NCBI RefSeq assembly: GCF_001194135.2
Contig: NC_069005.1
Location: forward strand, 11,468,913 to 11,532,912
Direction of reading: 5' to 3'
DNA: 64,000 nt
Origin: Octopus bimaculoides
Taxonomy: Eukaryota
The position numbers were made by a program, and so were the translations under genes. The notes under the pieces were generated by a model. It saw nothing but the letters and a program-made list of their open reading frames with translations, ran no database searches and was not told where the DNA came from. Positions 36,861 to 50,830 of the stretch are shown here, in pieces. The stretch's first letter is position 1; each line of letters starts with the position of its first letter.

Positions 36861-38744
36861 CTAGTACCAAAAAGTACTGTCACCAAAATAGGTTGAATGT
36901 CCAGTCAGCCATCCTTCATTGCCAGTGTCCAAATGGTCATGTCCAATCTTCTTATTCTGAATCTAAAATGACCAGTAGTCATTTGTTAATTCACACAATA
37001 AATAAATAAAACAAATGATACTTGTTGGTTTTATTGTTGTTTAATATTTTTTTATTCCTTTTTATTTTTGTAAGAAGAAGAAAAAATACTAGAGATAATT
37101 TTTATTTTCTTTTTGTATAAAATTATATATTTTTTTTTCACTCAACTATATCTCTCATTTTTTGATTTCACATTTTGAAGAAAAAAAGAAAAGAAAAATT
37201 TTGAAGGAAAAAGAAAAGAAACATTCTTTTGGTTGAGTCCATATGTGGGCACAGGGATGGTCGGTATTTATCTGAAATAGAAAATTTGACTTCAGCAGAT
37301 TTAAAGAACAATCTCTGTATTTTTTCAGTGCTTTTCTTTTCATCCATATATTCTCTTGCTTTTGTTTTTCACAAAATAGATTTTCACTCAATGTNNNNNN
37401 NNNNTTTTGGTTGAGTCCATATGTGGGCACAGGGATGGTCGGTATTTATCTGAAATAGAAAATTTGACTTCAGCAGATTTAAAGAACAATCTCTGTATTT
37501 TTTCAGTGCTTTTCTTTTCATCCATATATTCTCTTGCTTTTGTTTTTCACAAAATAGATTTTCACTCAATGATAATTTATGCAATAAATATGAAAAATCT
37601 TGGTTGAGGTAAGAACCATACAGCAGAAGGGCGGTAGTATGATTAGAATATAGCTTTTCACATGTGACACTGTGTATGTTATGACTCTGGTTAAAAAGTT
37701 CACCTCACAGTCATGCAGATGATTTGAGGTTTCAATCCCAACATACAGTACTATAGTCATATATCTGTCTTCTACCATAGTCAAATAAAGTGCTGTGTAA
37801 AATGTGTTACAGGGAAATGATCACATCTATGCATATACATACATACATACATGCATAAATACATAAAACAAAACAGACAAATCTGCACATATACATACAT
37901 ACATACATACAAAAATATCCTGTTGTTGATGTTGAAATTCCAATGAAGGAGCCTTGAATCTAGGTTAGAAAATGGCTCTTCCTCTATTGGCAAGAAATCT
38001 TGAAATGAAACTGAATAATGACTGACTGACATACATACAGACATACACACACATATATGTTTAGGGTATGACTTCAAAATTTTGATATCCTGGAAACGAC
38101 TTTAAACTGTATTTCACAGTAAGCCCCACTGGTTTGAGAGTTCCATGATTTGAGGAGTGTGAACCACATGTTAGCCACTATTAAAGCTAGGCCCTACTCT
38201 GCCCCAGGTTAGTAGCAACTCTCAGGGTCCTAGATATGAGTTAATTAACATATCATGGAAGAAATTCCAAGCAAAAAATCTTCACTACCTTGTGAGGGGC
38301 TTGGAAAAGGAAAAGACAAAACAAAGTCAACATCATCAGCAAATCAAGAAGTGGTGTTCCTCAGATGGTCCAATGTTGTCTTTGACACCCTTCCATCAAC
38401 TCCAGGGTACATGAAGCTCTCCAGCTCTGTAAATTGATTCACCTAAGAGCAGGCCACTCCAGTGTAAAACCTATAGCTTGCTGGTCACTGCAGTCATCTT
38501 AGTCCACTGAGCCACTGTGGTCAGTCCTCCAAGTCTAAAGAGTGGGATCAAATTGTGCAGACTGACCCACACTTTAAGATGGATAAATTGTTGCTAAACA
38601 GTTTTCCTAGTGTGTTAATGATTCTGTCAGCTCACTGCCTTAACTGATTCAAATACTAACAAAGAAGATGCATTGAATACACATACGTAACATTCTTCTT
38701 TTATACTCATTACAAAAATCTTGAATATTTTTGTTTTGTCACAG

Positions 38745-38858
38745 GTAGCGATGTGTAGTGTCAACGTAAGCACAATATCTGAAAATTGGGAGAGAGAATT
38801 AGTGGATAACATTGACATCACTTCAACATCGGGAAAATTAAATGTAAGTTTAATTTGG
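38745..38858 (+). CDS. Candidate internal exon, resembling the C-terminal strands of a C2 domain
   Basis: Strong acceptor tttttgttttgtcacag|; VAMCSVNVSTISENWERELVDNIDITSTSGKLNVSLIW|GTGAGA (alternative donor GTAAGT after 38843); the only open frame. Domain call is pattern-based only. Confidence 0.45.
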
Positions 38859-40022
38859 GTGAGATTGAACCCAGAAGACAAAGAACTAGACAAATACCAC
38901 CAGGTATTTTGTCTGATGCTCTAAAAATTCTGCCAATCCACTGCCCTAAATAAATAAATATATATTTATAAAATACTCTTTTATCTATTTGTCAGGAGAA
39001 AAAGCAGTGCACATGACTATTTTTAGGGCTCCAAATATTCGTGGATTAGAGGAAATTATCCGTGATCCAGAGACCTGATTACAAAACTGAGTAAGTACTA
39101 TGTTGAGGCCTTGGAGTCATGGACTAGTTACCTAATTTTCATGGTGGATATATGTGACTGAGATCACAATATCATACCCCAAATAAGTCCGTTGCAGTGT
39201 TACTCATTTACAGCTGAGTGGACTGGTGCAATGTGGAATGTAAATGCTTTACTCAAGAACACAACGCATTGCTAGGTCCAGCAGCTGAAACCACAACCTT
39301 GCGATCATGAGTGCAAAGCCGAAACCATTAAGCCATATGCCTTCATCAGCACAGAGTGGACTGGGGCAAGTGTTGAACTGACGGTGGGTGGGGGTAGAAT
39401 ACATCTGCCTCACAAGAAAATTATGGTGGGATTTGAAATCAGACTGAAGGCTATCCCTTAAAAACCATGGAGTAACCAAAGTGTGTTTCATTAGAGGCAA
39501 AACAGCAACAGCAACAACTACACCAATGAAAGCAACTTTCCCTTCCAGTTACCCTGATGGGAAAGGAAGAAAACTTTCAGAGGGAAGGTTCCTTAGACTA
39601 ATACTTTATTGCCCACCCCCACAAGTATGAATGGCTGTAGGGACTTGAACCCAGCAAATATATATATATATATATATATATATGAATATATATATCTTTT
39701 CATAAGTGAATGAAAGGAATGGAAGAAGCAGTTGGTGCACTACATATGTTTCAAAAATGTATGGAATTTCTATTATTTAATGTTAAATATGATATGTAAT
39801 TTTACCATGCACCTCCTATTCAGGAGCAGCTTACTTGTGTTGGGAAATCATTTGCAGTAATGAGTAATTTTGGAAAATGTGAAATGGAAGCAATATACAT
39901 CTTTTGATTGAAAATAGGAGTGGAAAGTGGTTTTGCTAAACCGCCAATCACATTTGTGATTACTTTATGCATTTGATATTGGACAAAGTGGACCACAACC
40001 AATTGAATCCCACTACTTTCAT

Positions 40023-40072
<50 letters not shown>

Positions 40073-40215
40073 AAAGAGTGAGAAATGGAAAAAGGTAAAT
40101 ACAAATATATTTATGTACATTTTTATATTCAACTGGAGTAAATACCGTGTGTCATTTCCTATGACACTCTAGGGATTCTGCCAGTTTGCTGCCTATTTAG
40201 TGAGTTTTAGTTAAA

Positions 40216-40297
40216 TTCATCATGGCCATGTGGTTAAAGCAGTGGACTAGAAATCCATTATGGTCTCCCCACATAGGTTCAAATCCTACTTGTAATA
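40216..40297 (+). pseudogene. tRNA-Ser(AGA)-derived pseudogene, second copy
   Basis: ggccatgtggttaaagcagtggactAGAaatccattatggtctccccacataggttcaaatcctac; lies in a ~500-bp block duplicated from 32690-33200. Confidence 0.75.
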
Positions 40298-42439
40298 AAT
40301 AGATAAATAAAAAACTTCAGAATATATATATTTTACTCCAGAATATCTACCTTTATGTTTAACTTGTTTCATTTACTGAACTGCAATCATGTTGGGGCAC
40401 AGCCTTCAAGGATTTAATCAAAGAAATCGAATGACCCGAGTACTTATTCTTCAGCCAGGTACTTATTCTTTTGCTGAATTCCTAAGATACTGGGATGTAA
40501 ACAAACCAGCACCTGTTGTCAAGTGAAGAAAGTGGACAAACAAAAAGACAAAGACATATACACAAAAATCCATATAATCATAAATCACTTATATATATAT
40601 ANNNNNNNNNNNNNNNNNNNNNNNNNNNNNNNNNNNNNNNNNNNNNNNNNNNNNNNNNNNNNNNNNNNNNNNNNNNNNNNNNNNNNNNNNNNNNNNNNNN
40701 NNNNNNNNNNNNNNNNNNNNNNNNNNNNNNNNNNNNNNNNNNNNNNNNNNNNNNNNNNNNNNNNNNNNNNNNNNNNNNNNNNNNNNNNNNNNNNNNNNNN
40801 NNNNNNNNNNNNNNNNNNNNNNNNNNNNNNNNNNNNNNNNNNNNNNNNNNNNNNNNNNNNNNNNNNNNNNNNNNNNNNNNNNNNNNNNNNNNNNNNNNNN
40901 NNNNNNNNNNNNNNNNNNNNNNNNNNNNNNNNNNNNNNNNNNNNNNNNNNNNNNNNNNNNNNNNNNNNNNNNNNNNNNNNNNNNNNNNNNNNNNNNNNNN
41001 NNNNNNNNNNNNNNNNNNNNNNNNNNNNNNNNNNNNNNNNNNNNNNNNNNNNNNNNNNNNNNNNNNNNNNNNNNNNNNNNNNNNNNNNNNNNNNNNNNNN
41101 NNNNNNNNNNNNNNNNNNNNNNNNNNNNNNNNNNNNNNNNNNNNNNNNNNNNNNNNNNNNNNNNNNNNNNNNNNNNNNNNNNNNNNNNNNNNNNNNNNNN
41201 NNNNNNNNNNNNNNNNNNNNNNNNNNNNNNNNNNNNNNNNNNNNNNNNNNNNNNNNNNNNNNNNNNNNNNNNNNNNNNNNNNNNNNNNNNNNNNNNNNNN
41301 NNNNNNNNNNNNNNNNNNNNNNNNNNNNNNNNNNNNNNNNNNNNNNNNNNNNNNNNNNNNNNNNNNNNNNNNNNNNNNNNNNAATTTAAATTTTCATGTC
41401 TTTTTTTTAATTCTCATTCTCAGATTTGTAAATTATGAAAATATTTCATCTTTTGTTAAACTGTAATTTCTCCCAATACAATAAATAAATAAATAAATAT
41501 ATAAATAGTTAAATAATAAAGCATAAAAAATAATACAATAAAAACGGAAAAGGGAGAAGCAAAAATCATTTAAAATCTAAAATAGAAATTAAAATCTGAT
41601 ATTCTCGTTGTTGCACACAGGCATCATCATCATCATAATTACCATCATCAACAACATTGAACAGGCAGTGCCCCAGTATGGCTACAATCTAATGACTGAA
41701 ACAAGTAAAAAAAGATAAATCATTGTTATAATATTGCCTATTTAAATTTATTATTTATTTCACAGTAACACATATGAAAAGAGGTCTGGCTTTGATCGAC
41801 CCTTTAATGTTTAAACCAGGTCCAAATTTTCTGTTTCATGTACAAACTGGCCAGATTCAACCTCTCACACCTACCCTACTATGTCATTCTAAAAATTATA
41901 CAATGATCATTGAAATCTCAAAGCTATGAGATAATTCATGTTAAATTGAAACCAATTTGAATAAATACGCATTATATCTGACAGATGTTTGAATAATTAG
42001 ATATTTCAGCTTGTAAATTTAGTTCAGTCTCATCCTGAACACAACTGCTATTCAATAAACACATTTTTTCATCTCATCCTTATGTGCTCAACACAGTTTC
42101 AATCTCAGTTCGTATATCTACACAGTACCCTTTCCTGCTCATGATCGTAAGGATGCAAGATTGGTTCCTGGTGGCATGTCGTGTCCTTCAGCAAGATGCT
42201 TTATTTCACAATGCTCAAGTTCACTCAGCTGGCAAAAACGAGTGGTACCTGTAATTCACAAGGTCCAGTCTTGAGACATTCTGTGTCATGCTGAATTTCC
42301 CTGAGAACAACATTAAAAGTACACATCACCGTGGAGTGCTCAGCCATTTGCATGTTAATTTTGGTCTGGTGATTGCATTGACTGGAATACTCATAGTAAT
42401 CCTACCTTGCTCACACTATTTCTTATTACCAGAATAACC

Positions 42440-42780
42440 ACTGCTGCTCCATACCATTGAAAATTAGAGAAACTTTCCTCGATGGTCATTTGACATACAA
42501 GAAACAGTGAAGATTAGAGAAGTTCTACCTGGTGGTCATTTGATGTTCAAGAAACTGCAGCCAAATAGGTCTCAGTGAAGATTAGAGACACTCTTTTTGG
42601 TGCTCCTATGACATGCATAAAATTGCAACCAAATTATCCTCAGAGAAAACTAGAGGAGTTATATCTGGTGGTCATTTGATGTGTAGGAAATTGCATCCAA
42701 TTTGTACTCGGTGAGTATTAGAGAAGCTCTGCTCAGTTGTCATTTGATGTGCAAGAAACTGTAGCCAAATTGTCTCAATG
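42440..42780. repeat. Degenerate ~60-70-bp tandem repeat (about 5 copies)
   Basis: Recurring attagaga...ggtggtcatttga(t/c)...aagaaact/gcagccaaat. Confidence 0.7.
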
Positions 42781-43559
42781 GAATCAAATCTATATAAATA
42801 GAAATGTCTATTTAATTCTAACAGCACACTGTCTGAATAAAAACCAGGATGGTCGCAGGTGCATTGGTTTTGACCATGGGTTTATTATTTCAGCCAGAGC
42901 TGACATATGACTACACAACAGCAACTTTCCAAATAAACAATTCTACAGTTANNNNNNNNNNNNNNNNNNNNNNNNNNNNNNNNNNNNNNNNNNNNNNNNN
43001 NNNNNNNNNNNNNNNNNNNNNNNNNNNNNNNNNNNNNNNNNNNNNNNNNNNCCTATCTAGCTGTCTAATGAGTCAGGTTTAGGCTATGAGTCTACAAAAC
43101 TTTAAATTGCATGGAGCTGAGTCAAACTGTTATTAAATAATATATGTAACAGCAACAGTTTCTCTAATTACGTCTCTAATTTTGTATAGTTTCTTTTTTA
43201 AATTTAAAAAATATATTTACTTTTTATCTGATCAACTACATCTTAGTAAATGGTAGCAGTTATTGACCTCACTTCCCTGTTCTAGAAAGAGTAGAAGGTA
43301 GGTCAATGGATTAAAAGGACAGATAAAGGGCACTGTCCTTTCAACTGGAAATTAGACAAGAACATATAACATTAATACCAAAATATGAGATATAAACAGG
43401 TATATGAGGATAATGAAATGTAGACAAAAATGTTGTTTTTTGAAGAAAACTTTTATCTACGTACATGCATTGATATATTGTGGCAGTGAACTGACAAGAG
43501 AAAACTATATATCATTCATATAGGTTTGATGGGTTTGCCCCAGTACAGCACCCTGCCAC

Positions 43560-44060
43560 TTGTTGCAGATCTTTGTTGAATTTTTCATAGGGTCCAGTAC
43601 TCTGAAATCAACCTTTGTCATTTTTTTCTCATGCTGTTTTACTTCCACAAATGACCTTCCATTGAAACAGCTTCATCTTTCTTCATGTGTCCATACCTTA
43701 CAAACCATTGTCTCTCTTTTTCTGACTACAGCTGATATTGCAAATACATTTATACATCAGTGCTCAGGCAGCAGCTCTTTTCATTTCCAAACCATTGGCA
43801 CATGCACTATGATTTGCCTGAAATACTCTCAGCCTTTGCACACCCTCCACATTTCCACATTCAGTGCACAGATATTGCTCACAACCATACAATATCACAC
43901 TTTGCATACCAACATCATACAATTTGCCTTTCATGTGGACTTTAAAAAAATTTCTCATTTGGTATTCAGGTGTGCATTTAGCCTACCAAGGTGGGTTGAA
44001 CTCTCAGCTATGGCAAAGAAAACTAACTCAGAAGGTAAAGAACTCCAATAGAAAAGCACG
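43560..44060 (-). mobile_element. RTE-like LINE 3' remnant
   Basis: Minus strand MKGKLYDVGMQSVILYGCEQ resembles KGKLY..CVRSVMLYGSETW. Confidence 0.6.
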
Positions 44061-44508
44061 AGGTATATTGTTCATTGGGTCTGTAACAAACATATGTGCC
44101 AACTTTCTGCTCTCGGCATTTCCCAAAAGTGTGGCTGGTCCTTCACCATTGAAAACAAAACCCTTCTGTGAGTAGCCTAACAGTTATAATATTGGCTATT
44201 GGACATCAAGACCTTAATGAGAATCCACTACATACACACACACACACAAATATACATACATATATATTTACATACATGCATACACAGATAATGGCTTTCA
44301 CAGTTTCCATCTATCAATTTCCCTCACAAGGTAGGTGTTAGTCAACTTGAGAAACTTGCCCAAGATGTCACAGAATGGAACTGAACCCAAAATTACATGG
44401 CTGCAAACCAAATTTCTGAACCCTGTGCCCTTGGACTTTAAAAAACAAAAAAATCTCCCTGCAAATACAATGTTATAAAAAGCTTATCTGCAGACAATCA
44501 ACTGAAAC

Positions 44509-44550
<42 letters not shown>

Positions 44551-45009
44551 CATAGAAGTATCATTCTAATAACAAGGTTATAAAAGAAATTAAAATTCTC
44601 TACACACTGAACTGAAAGGGTCTGCTACTACTGGCCTTACATATCAAACAGTCATATATACTGAATCTACTGTATCAGAGAATGTGATATAAAATTGGTT
44701 TCATTCATAGAAAATAAAATTTTCTTTCTCCCTCTCTCTTTCATACAAATATTCTTTGCCAATTAAATTCCTTTAAATTTTTAAGTTTCTGCAGCACTAC
44801 ATGACTAGAGAAGTCCTCAGACAAAACAATATGTGGATATTAGTTTGTTTCATAAATTCACTTTTTTTTTCATTTATTTCAATCCTTTTGAAAGTTATTT
44901 GAATTAATATGAAAAATATTTTTTTTTGTACTGTTTTAAAGGTTTTTAACATTTTTTGTAGCACTACTCTTTCTCTACATGTTCTGTTCATTGTTTTTAA
45001 GTTTTGAAT

Positions 45010-45600
45010 ACATTTCATCTGTTTTCAAACATATGATAATGGAATGTTGAATAGAAAAAAAAATTTTAATGAGCATTTTTGACCCCTGCTTCTCTTCACT
45101 TTCAGTCAAAGTTCCAAAGCTTCCAATGTTGCCAAAACTACCCATGACATTAGTACTATGTACAGAGAAAGTGCTATTACTAAAAGAACTGCACAGAAAT
45201 GGCTTGAGGCTTGAAGGAAGGGAAACTCAACTTCACAGACTCTCTGAATTCTGGCCTACGTGCTCAGTTCAATGAATATCAAATGAATGAGGTAATCCAT
45301 GAGGATCTGTGCCAATCCACTTGGGAATTTACCCAGCCGATGAGATACTCTCATGATACCATTGCCAATCACTTTTACTCAATAGAAGCAATACAGCTGA
45401 AATGACCAGACTGGCAAGACAGGATGCTTTTTCATTGCTATCCAACAGTTTGAAGGACATTTTGTTCAACAACAACATGGAATTGAAAATGTAGCTCAGT
45501 AAAGTTTTTTAATCAAACTTGTGGAACATTAGCAAGAAATTGTGAACAATGAAGGAGAGAGTGTTATTGGATGATTTATTAAAACTTGATGACAAATAAG
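45010..45600 (+). mobile_element. Highly decayed mariner
   Basis: Remnants such as ...WQEIVNNEGESVIG* at 45530-45575 and a CTEKV...KW-like N-terminus. Confidence 0.5.
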
Positions 45601-46017
45601 GATTAAAATAAACAGGAAAAGGGAAAACCAGAGAAAAGAATATACACAAGACAGCTATATATTCTTATAATCTCTCTAGATACTTGATGAGATAGGTTCA
45701 TTCTTTGAGCCTACAAAAGTTTAAGTTGCTTGGAGCTGAGTCAGGCTGTTATCAAATGATATATGTAACTCCTACCAAATGTCCACTCACTCCTCGCTTG
45801 TGGATATATATTATATACACTCTTGGATTGGTTGGCATTAGGAAGGGCGTCCAGCTGTAGAAACCAAATCAGATTGGAGCCTAGTGCAACTCTTCAGTTT
45901 TCAGTCAGACCATCCAACCCATGCCAGCATGGAAAACGAATGTTAAATGATGATGATGATATATGTGTGTGTATATATATATATANNNNNNNNNNNNNNG
46001 TTAAATGATGATGATGA

Positions 46018-46068
<51 letters not shown>

Positions 46069-46716
46069 GTATATATATAAAATATGTAAATATATAATTT
46101 TTTATATATATATATATGTATGTATGTGTGTGTGTATGTATATGTATATATATGATCTCCAGTTGTGATTTGCACACACATATTACTTGGTCAAGTGTAC
46201 CATGCTTTTGTTAAGTTGTTTAGGTGCCTGTTTAGTTGCAAACCAATCATAGATGCACTCCTGACCTCATCTCACCCTTTCACCAAGGAAAACATCCAGG
46301 ATGATGTGATGGATGAAGGGAGAGAGAAAGAGAGTGAGAGTGAGAGAGAGGGGGGAAAGAGATAGAGAGAAAGCAGGAGAGAGTGGGAAAGAGAGAGAGA
46401 GAGAGACAAACAGACAGAGAGAGGGGAAAGCTGCATAAGCATTGGTTCTGGTAATCGTTCCCAGATGAGTAGATTGGAGTATCATGAAGTAAAGTGACTT
46501 GCTCAAGGACACAATGCAAAATGGACTGCCTGGTGCAGGATTCTAACCCATGACCTTTTGATCATAAGGTCAAATCCTGAAACACCAGGTCATAAAGACT
46601 CCACAGATACATACATACACACACATATGCATATGCATGTATGTATGTGTGTGTATATATGTATACACACACACACACACATATATATATACATATACCA
46701 GGTGTGTTACTTTTAG

Positions 46717-46789
46717 GGTATGATGTCTGAAGGTAAATCATTGGCAATCGATGGAAGACTCTTGAAATGTTGGATACAAAATGGCTTTG
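46717..46789 (+). CDS. Candidate internal exon, product unknown
   Basis: gtgttacttttag|GMMSEGKSLAIDGRLLKCWIQNGF(G)|GTAAGC; the only open frame; phase 0 to 1. Confidence 0.45.
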
Positions 46790-46848
46790 GTAAGCTTAAT
46801 TCTTAATTTATCATCAAGAATAAGGAATGGTAAAGCTTTTGACTACAT

Positions 46849-46882
<34 letters not shown>

Positions 46883-47469
46883 CGTTTTAACCAGGCATAT
46901 GACAACCATTTTAATTCTATGCACATATACCCAAATGAGGGAGCCACTACTAGTATGCATTTGACCTGCCAGAAATAGTAGCCAAATCTCCCTTATATTA
47001 CATCCTGTGATTTTACAGAAAGGAAGGACAGATTGGATAATGAAGTCATAAATACTGTTTGAGTATATAAAAATAAATGAAAAATAAGTATTGAGTTGTC
47101 AGATAAATTTGTTCATTTTTATCCAATGTTGTTTGATTTAACAAGAAAAATATTTTACCATAGTCTTTTAGGTTTGATTTTTTTTTGTAGCTCTATTCTT
47201 CTTCTAAAAATTTTGTTTATTGGTTTTAAAATGTGAATAAATGTTATCACTTTTGTCGCATATGATGATGGAGCACAAAATAAAAAATAACGAGCATTTT
47301 CGACATCTGCTTCTTTTCCCAATGCTAATTGGACCAAAAATGCCATTTAAGAGCTTGGTTGAGATGTTCTACCACACCCACTGCATTCTCCTGATATAGT
47401 GCCTTCAGATTATCACCTTCAGTTGTTCTCCAACAACCCCTTGCTCTCCAGCAATCTGTGAGATGTTTT

Positions 47470-47682
47470 GTTCAGCAACAATGTGGAGTGGAAAACATGG
47501 CTCAAGAAATTCTTCCAGTCAAGGCCCTGTGATTTTAACCATCGAGGCGTTAAGAACTGAGTGTAAATTTGGCAAGAAATCATGAACAATGATGGAGAAT
47601 ATATTATCGAATGATTTGTTAAAATTGTAGAAGAAAAATAGAATTAATAAATGAATAAATTTATCTGACAATCCAATAAATA
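47470..47682 (+). mobile_element. mariner 3' end with right TIR
   Basis: ...WQEIMNNDGEYIIE* followed by ttatctgacaatccaa|ta. Confidence 0.6.
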
Positions 47683-49101
47683 AGATTAGATGACAACACA
47701 TGGAATGTCTTTACTGGTAGGTTCTGCTCAACCGGGGCTGACCAGGGGTTAAACAACAACAGTGCATAAGTATGATCAATAATTGAATTGGCAGCAAATA
47801 AGATAGGAATTAAAACCAAGAATATTTGGTCTTTGGTTTTCTAGCAGTAAATCTGATACTATATAAATAGCCACAGCGTTACACATGACTAAATATCTAC
47901 TTCTATAACAAAATATAGAAAAACTATTGCATCTATGAGATCTAATAAAGAATCTACTCATTTTTGCGTATATTAATTAAATTAATTTATAAAGATGAGA
48001 AAAGAAAACAACACAAATGGAGACACAATAACTATAGTGCATAAATATTTTTAAAGCACCAATACTTGCCAAACCATAAATGATTGCATATATATGTATA
48101 TATATACNNNNNNNNNNNNNNNNNNNNNNNNNNNNNNNNNNNNNNNNNNNNNNNNNNNNNNNNNNNNNNNNNNNNNNNNNNNNNNNNNNNNNNNNNNNNN
48201 NNNNNNNNNNNNNNNNNNNNNNNNNNNNNNNNNNNNNNNNNNNNNNNNNNNNNNNNNNNNNNNNNNNNNNNNNNNNNNNNNNNNNNNNNNNNNNNNNNNN
48301 NNNNNNNNNNNNNNNNNNNNNNNNNNNNNNNNNNNNNNNNNNNNNNNNNNNNNNNNNNNNNNNNNNNNNNNNNNNNNNNNNNNNNNNNNNNNNNNNNNNN
48401 NNNNNNNNNNNNNNNNNATATATATATATATACATATATGTATGTATATTACTAACAATATATATTTACACACATATTAATATATACAGTGTCCTGATCT
48501 ATTGATCATAGTAGGCAGTAGTTCACAAGTAAGAAAGAAATTGATGTTAAAATATATATATATATACACATATACCTATAAATATACATTTTTATTTACC
48601 ATATATATATATATATTTACCCGATGTACTATATATTAACTAAAGTTTAATTGATTCCATTTCATGATCTGAAGTATTACCACTCAATAGGTAATCAATC
48701 CTATTGATGTTATCTCCTTGAATAACTAGCTACTCAATCCCAACAATTTGGTTGGGAATTACTATGAAATGCCTGCAGTAGAATTGAACTCCCAACCTAA
48801 AAGTTTGTTAGTTGTCCAATATCTTATTCACTCAACTTTAAAATATATACAAATATATATATTAATAAATTATAGGGCAGCAAAAAAAATTTTAGAAATT
48901 TTATTTACCACCAGGGGTCTAGCGAGAATGAAAAATAAAAACATTTACCAATCTATATTCCGTACCATGGTTTCAAGTCATTTTAGCAAGATAAAAATAT
49001 ACCTTACAAATTATCCCTATTTTTGTGGTATGTAGTCTTTTGCTGCTCTTTCTAGCGGGTCAGATGTCCTATTATAGGCATCTCTATATTTTAAATGAAG
49101 T

Positions 49102-49181
<80 letters not shown>

Positions 49182-49218
49182 TAATATATGGAAATACTAA
49201 TAACAATGGACACTGATA

Positions 49219-50092
49219 TAAGCACAAGGCCATCGAGTTTTAGGGAGAGAATTAGTCAATATCACTGACCCCAGAATTTGACTGCTACTTTATTGAGCCT
49301 ACATGGATGAAAGGCATAGCTGAATGGAGAACATAAAAGGATTTAACAAAATACCACAAGGTATTTTGCTTGATACTAATTATTCTGCCAATCATGTGCC
49401 TTTAATAATGATCTAAAATTTTGGAACAAGGCCAGCACTTTCAGGTGTGGGGAAACAGTTGATTACATCAACCCCAGTGCTCAGCTGGTACTTATTTTAT
49501 CGACCCTGGAAAGATGAAAGGCAAAGTTGACCTTGGTGGAATTTGAACTCAGAAAGTAAAGACGGATAAAATGCCGCTAAGCATTTTGCCCAGCGTACTA
49601 ACAATTCTGCTAGCTCCCTGCCTTAAGTGCGTTTCATAATGATAATAATGATAATTCTTTGAAATTCTGGCACAGTCAGAAATTTTAAGGGGAGGAGTTA
49701 GTCAATTATTTTGATCTCACTGGTGCTTTCTTTTACTGAACCTGAAAGTATGAAAGGCAAAGTTGACTTCAGCTGGATTTGAACTTAGAATGTCATGAAC
49801 CGGAAGAAATGCCACTAAACATTTTGTACAATGTGACAATAACTCTGCCAGCTCACTGCCTTTCAAAAATGTTTCAAATTATGGCACAGAGCCAGAATTT
49901 TTATTTTTTGAAGGAGGTGACCAGCCAAGTGCATTGACCCCAGAATTTAACTGGTACTTTATTTTATCGAACTGAAAAGGATAAAGGCTAAGTCGACCTT
50001 GATAGCATTTGAACTCAGAATGTATACAGCCAGAAGAAATGCCAATAAGCGTTTTGTCCGACGCATTAACAATTTGGCCAGCTCTTTACCTT
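49219..50092 (-). mobile_element. Four head-to-tail SINE family 1 copies
   Basis: Units at ~49219-49405, 49415-49624, 49661-49862 and 49871-50092, each with gcaca(a)g...gatgaaaggc...ttctgcca. Confidence 0.85.
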
Positions 50093-50096
50093 AGTA

Positions 50097-50131
<35 letters not shown>

Positions 50132-50516
50132 CTAAGAATTATAAAATGAAACAATCTTTCATAAAAAAAAATCTGAAAAAAAATGCAATTTTGTGTGTGT
50201 TTGTAAGTGTGTACGAGAGATTCTTATTGGTTTGTAATATAGCCAACAGACTATTTTACTATCAGTCAGGTCAGAGGTGATGAACACTGCACTGCTGCCT
50301 AACAAAACTGCTAGACAAGTAACCCTTAGAAGAAGACTGATCCCTTATATTGACCCATCAGTTTTGGAGATAGAAAGAAGTCAGGGCTGATCAATTCAGA
50401 AATATCAATACCAATATATATATATATACAAATTTTATACATATAAGTATACATTATATATATGTATATCTGTACATGTGTGTGCATGTGTATGTATGTG
50501 TGTGTATGGATCTATT

Positions 50517-50563
<47 letters not shown>

Positions 50564-50609
50564 CTCTCTATCTATATATATTATATGTATATGTAAATAT
50601 CTATATAAA

Positions 50610-50830
50610 AAATACAAAATGGGACAAGAACACAAAACATCCAGACAGTTAGGTGATACAAAAAAAGGGACAACAAAACATCCAGATAGATGATACAAAG
50701 AAAACAAGGATCGGTCATTCCGAGTTTTCTTTCCTCAGTCAAGTTCCAGATTACCTTGGCAATTTCGGCTGGTTTCACTTGAGATTGCTCCAATCTGGCC
50801 AGCCCCAAGGAAAAACTAAGCTAAGAGCAT
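50610..50830 (-). mobile_element. Probable Penelope-like terminal-repeat fragment
   Basis: Composition and position after a microsatellite resemble the other PLE termini in the window. Confidence 0.35.

Noticed and set aside
37205-37570. Exact ~165-bp direct repeat flanking a short N gap (similar cases at 35100-35271, 45940-46020, 58860-58990, 60540-60640)
   Set aside because: Identical sequence on both sides of, or next to, tiny gaps is typical of unmerged contig overlaps (assembly artefact).
39824-39907. Possible terminal exon EQLTCVGKSFAVMSNFGKCEMEAIYIF* as a third STC paralog
   Set aside because: Wrong phase, no LW...C motif and no conserved STC-type 3'UTR.
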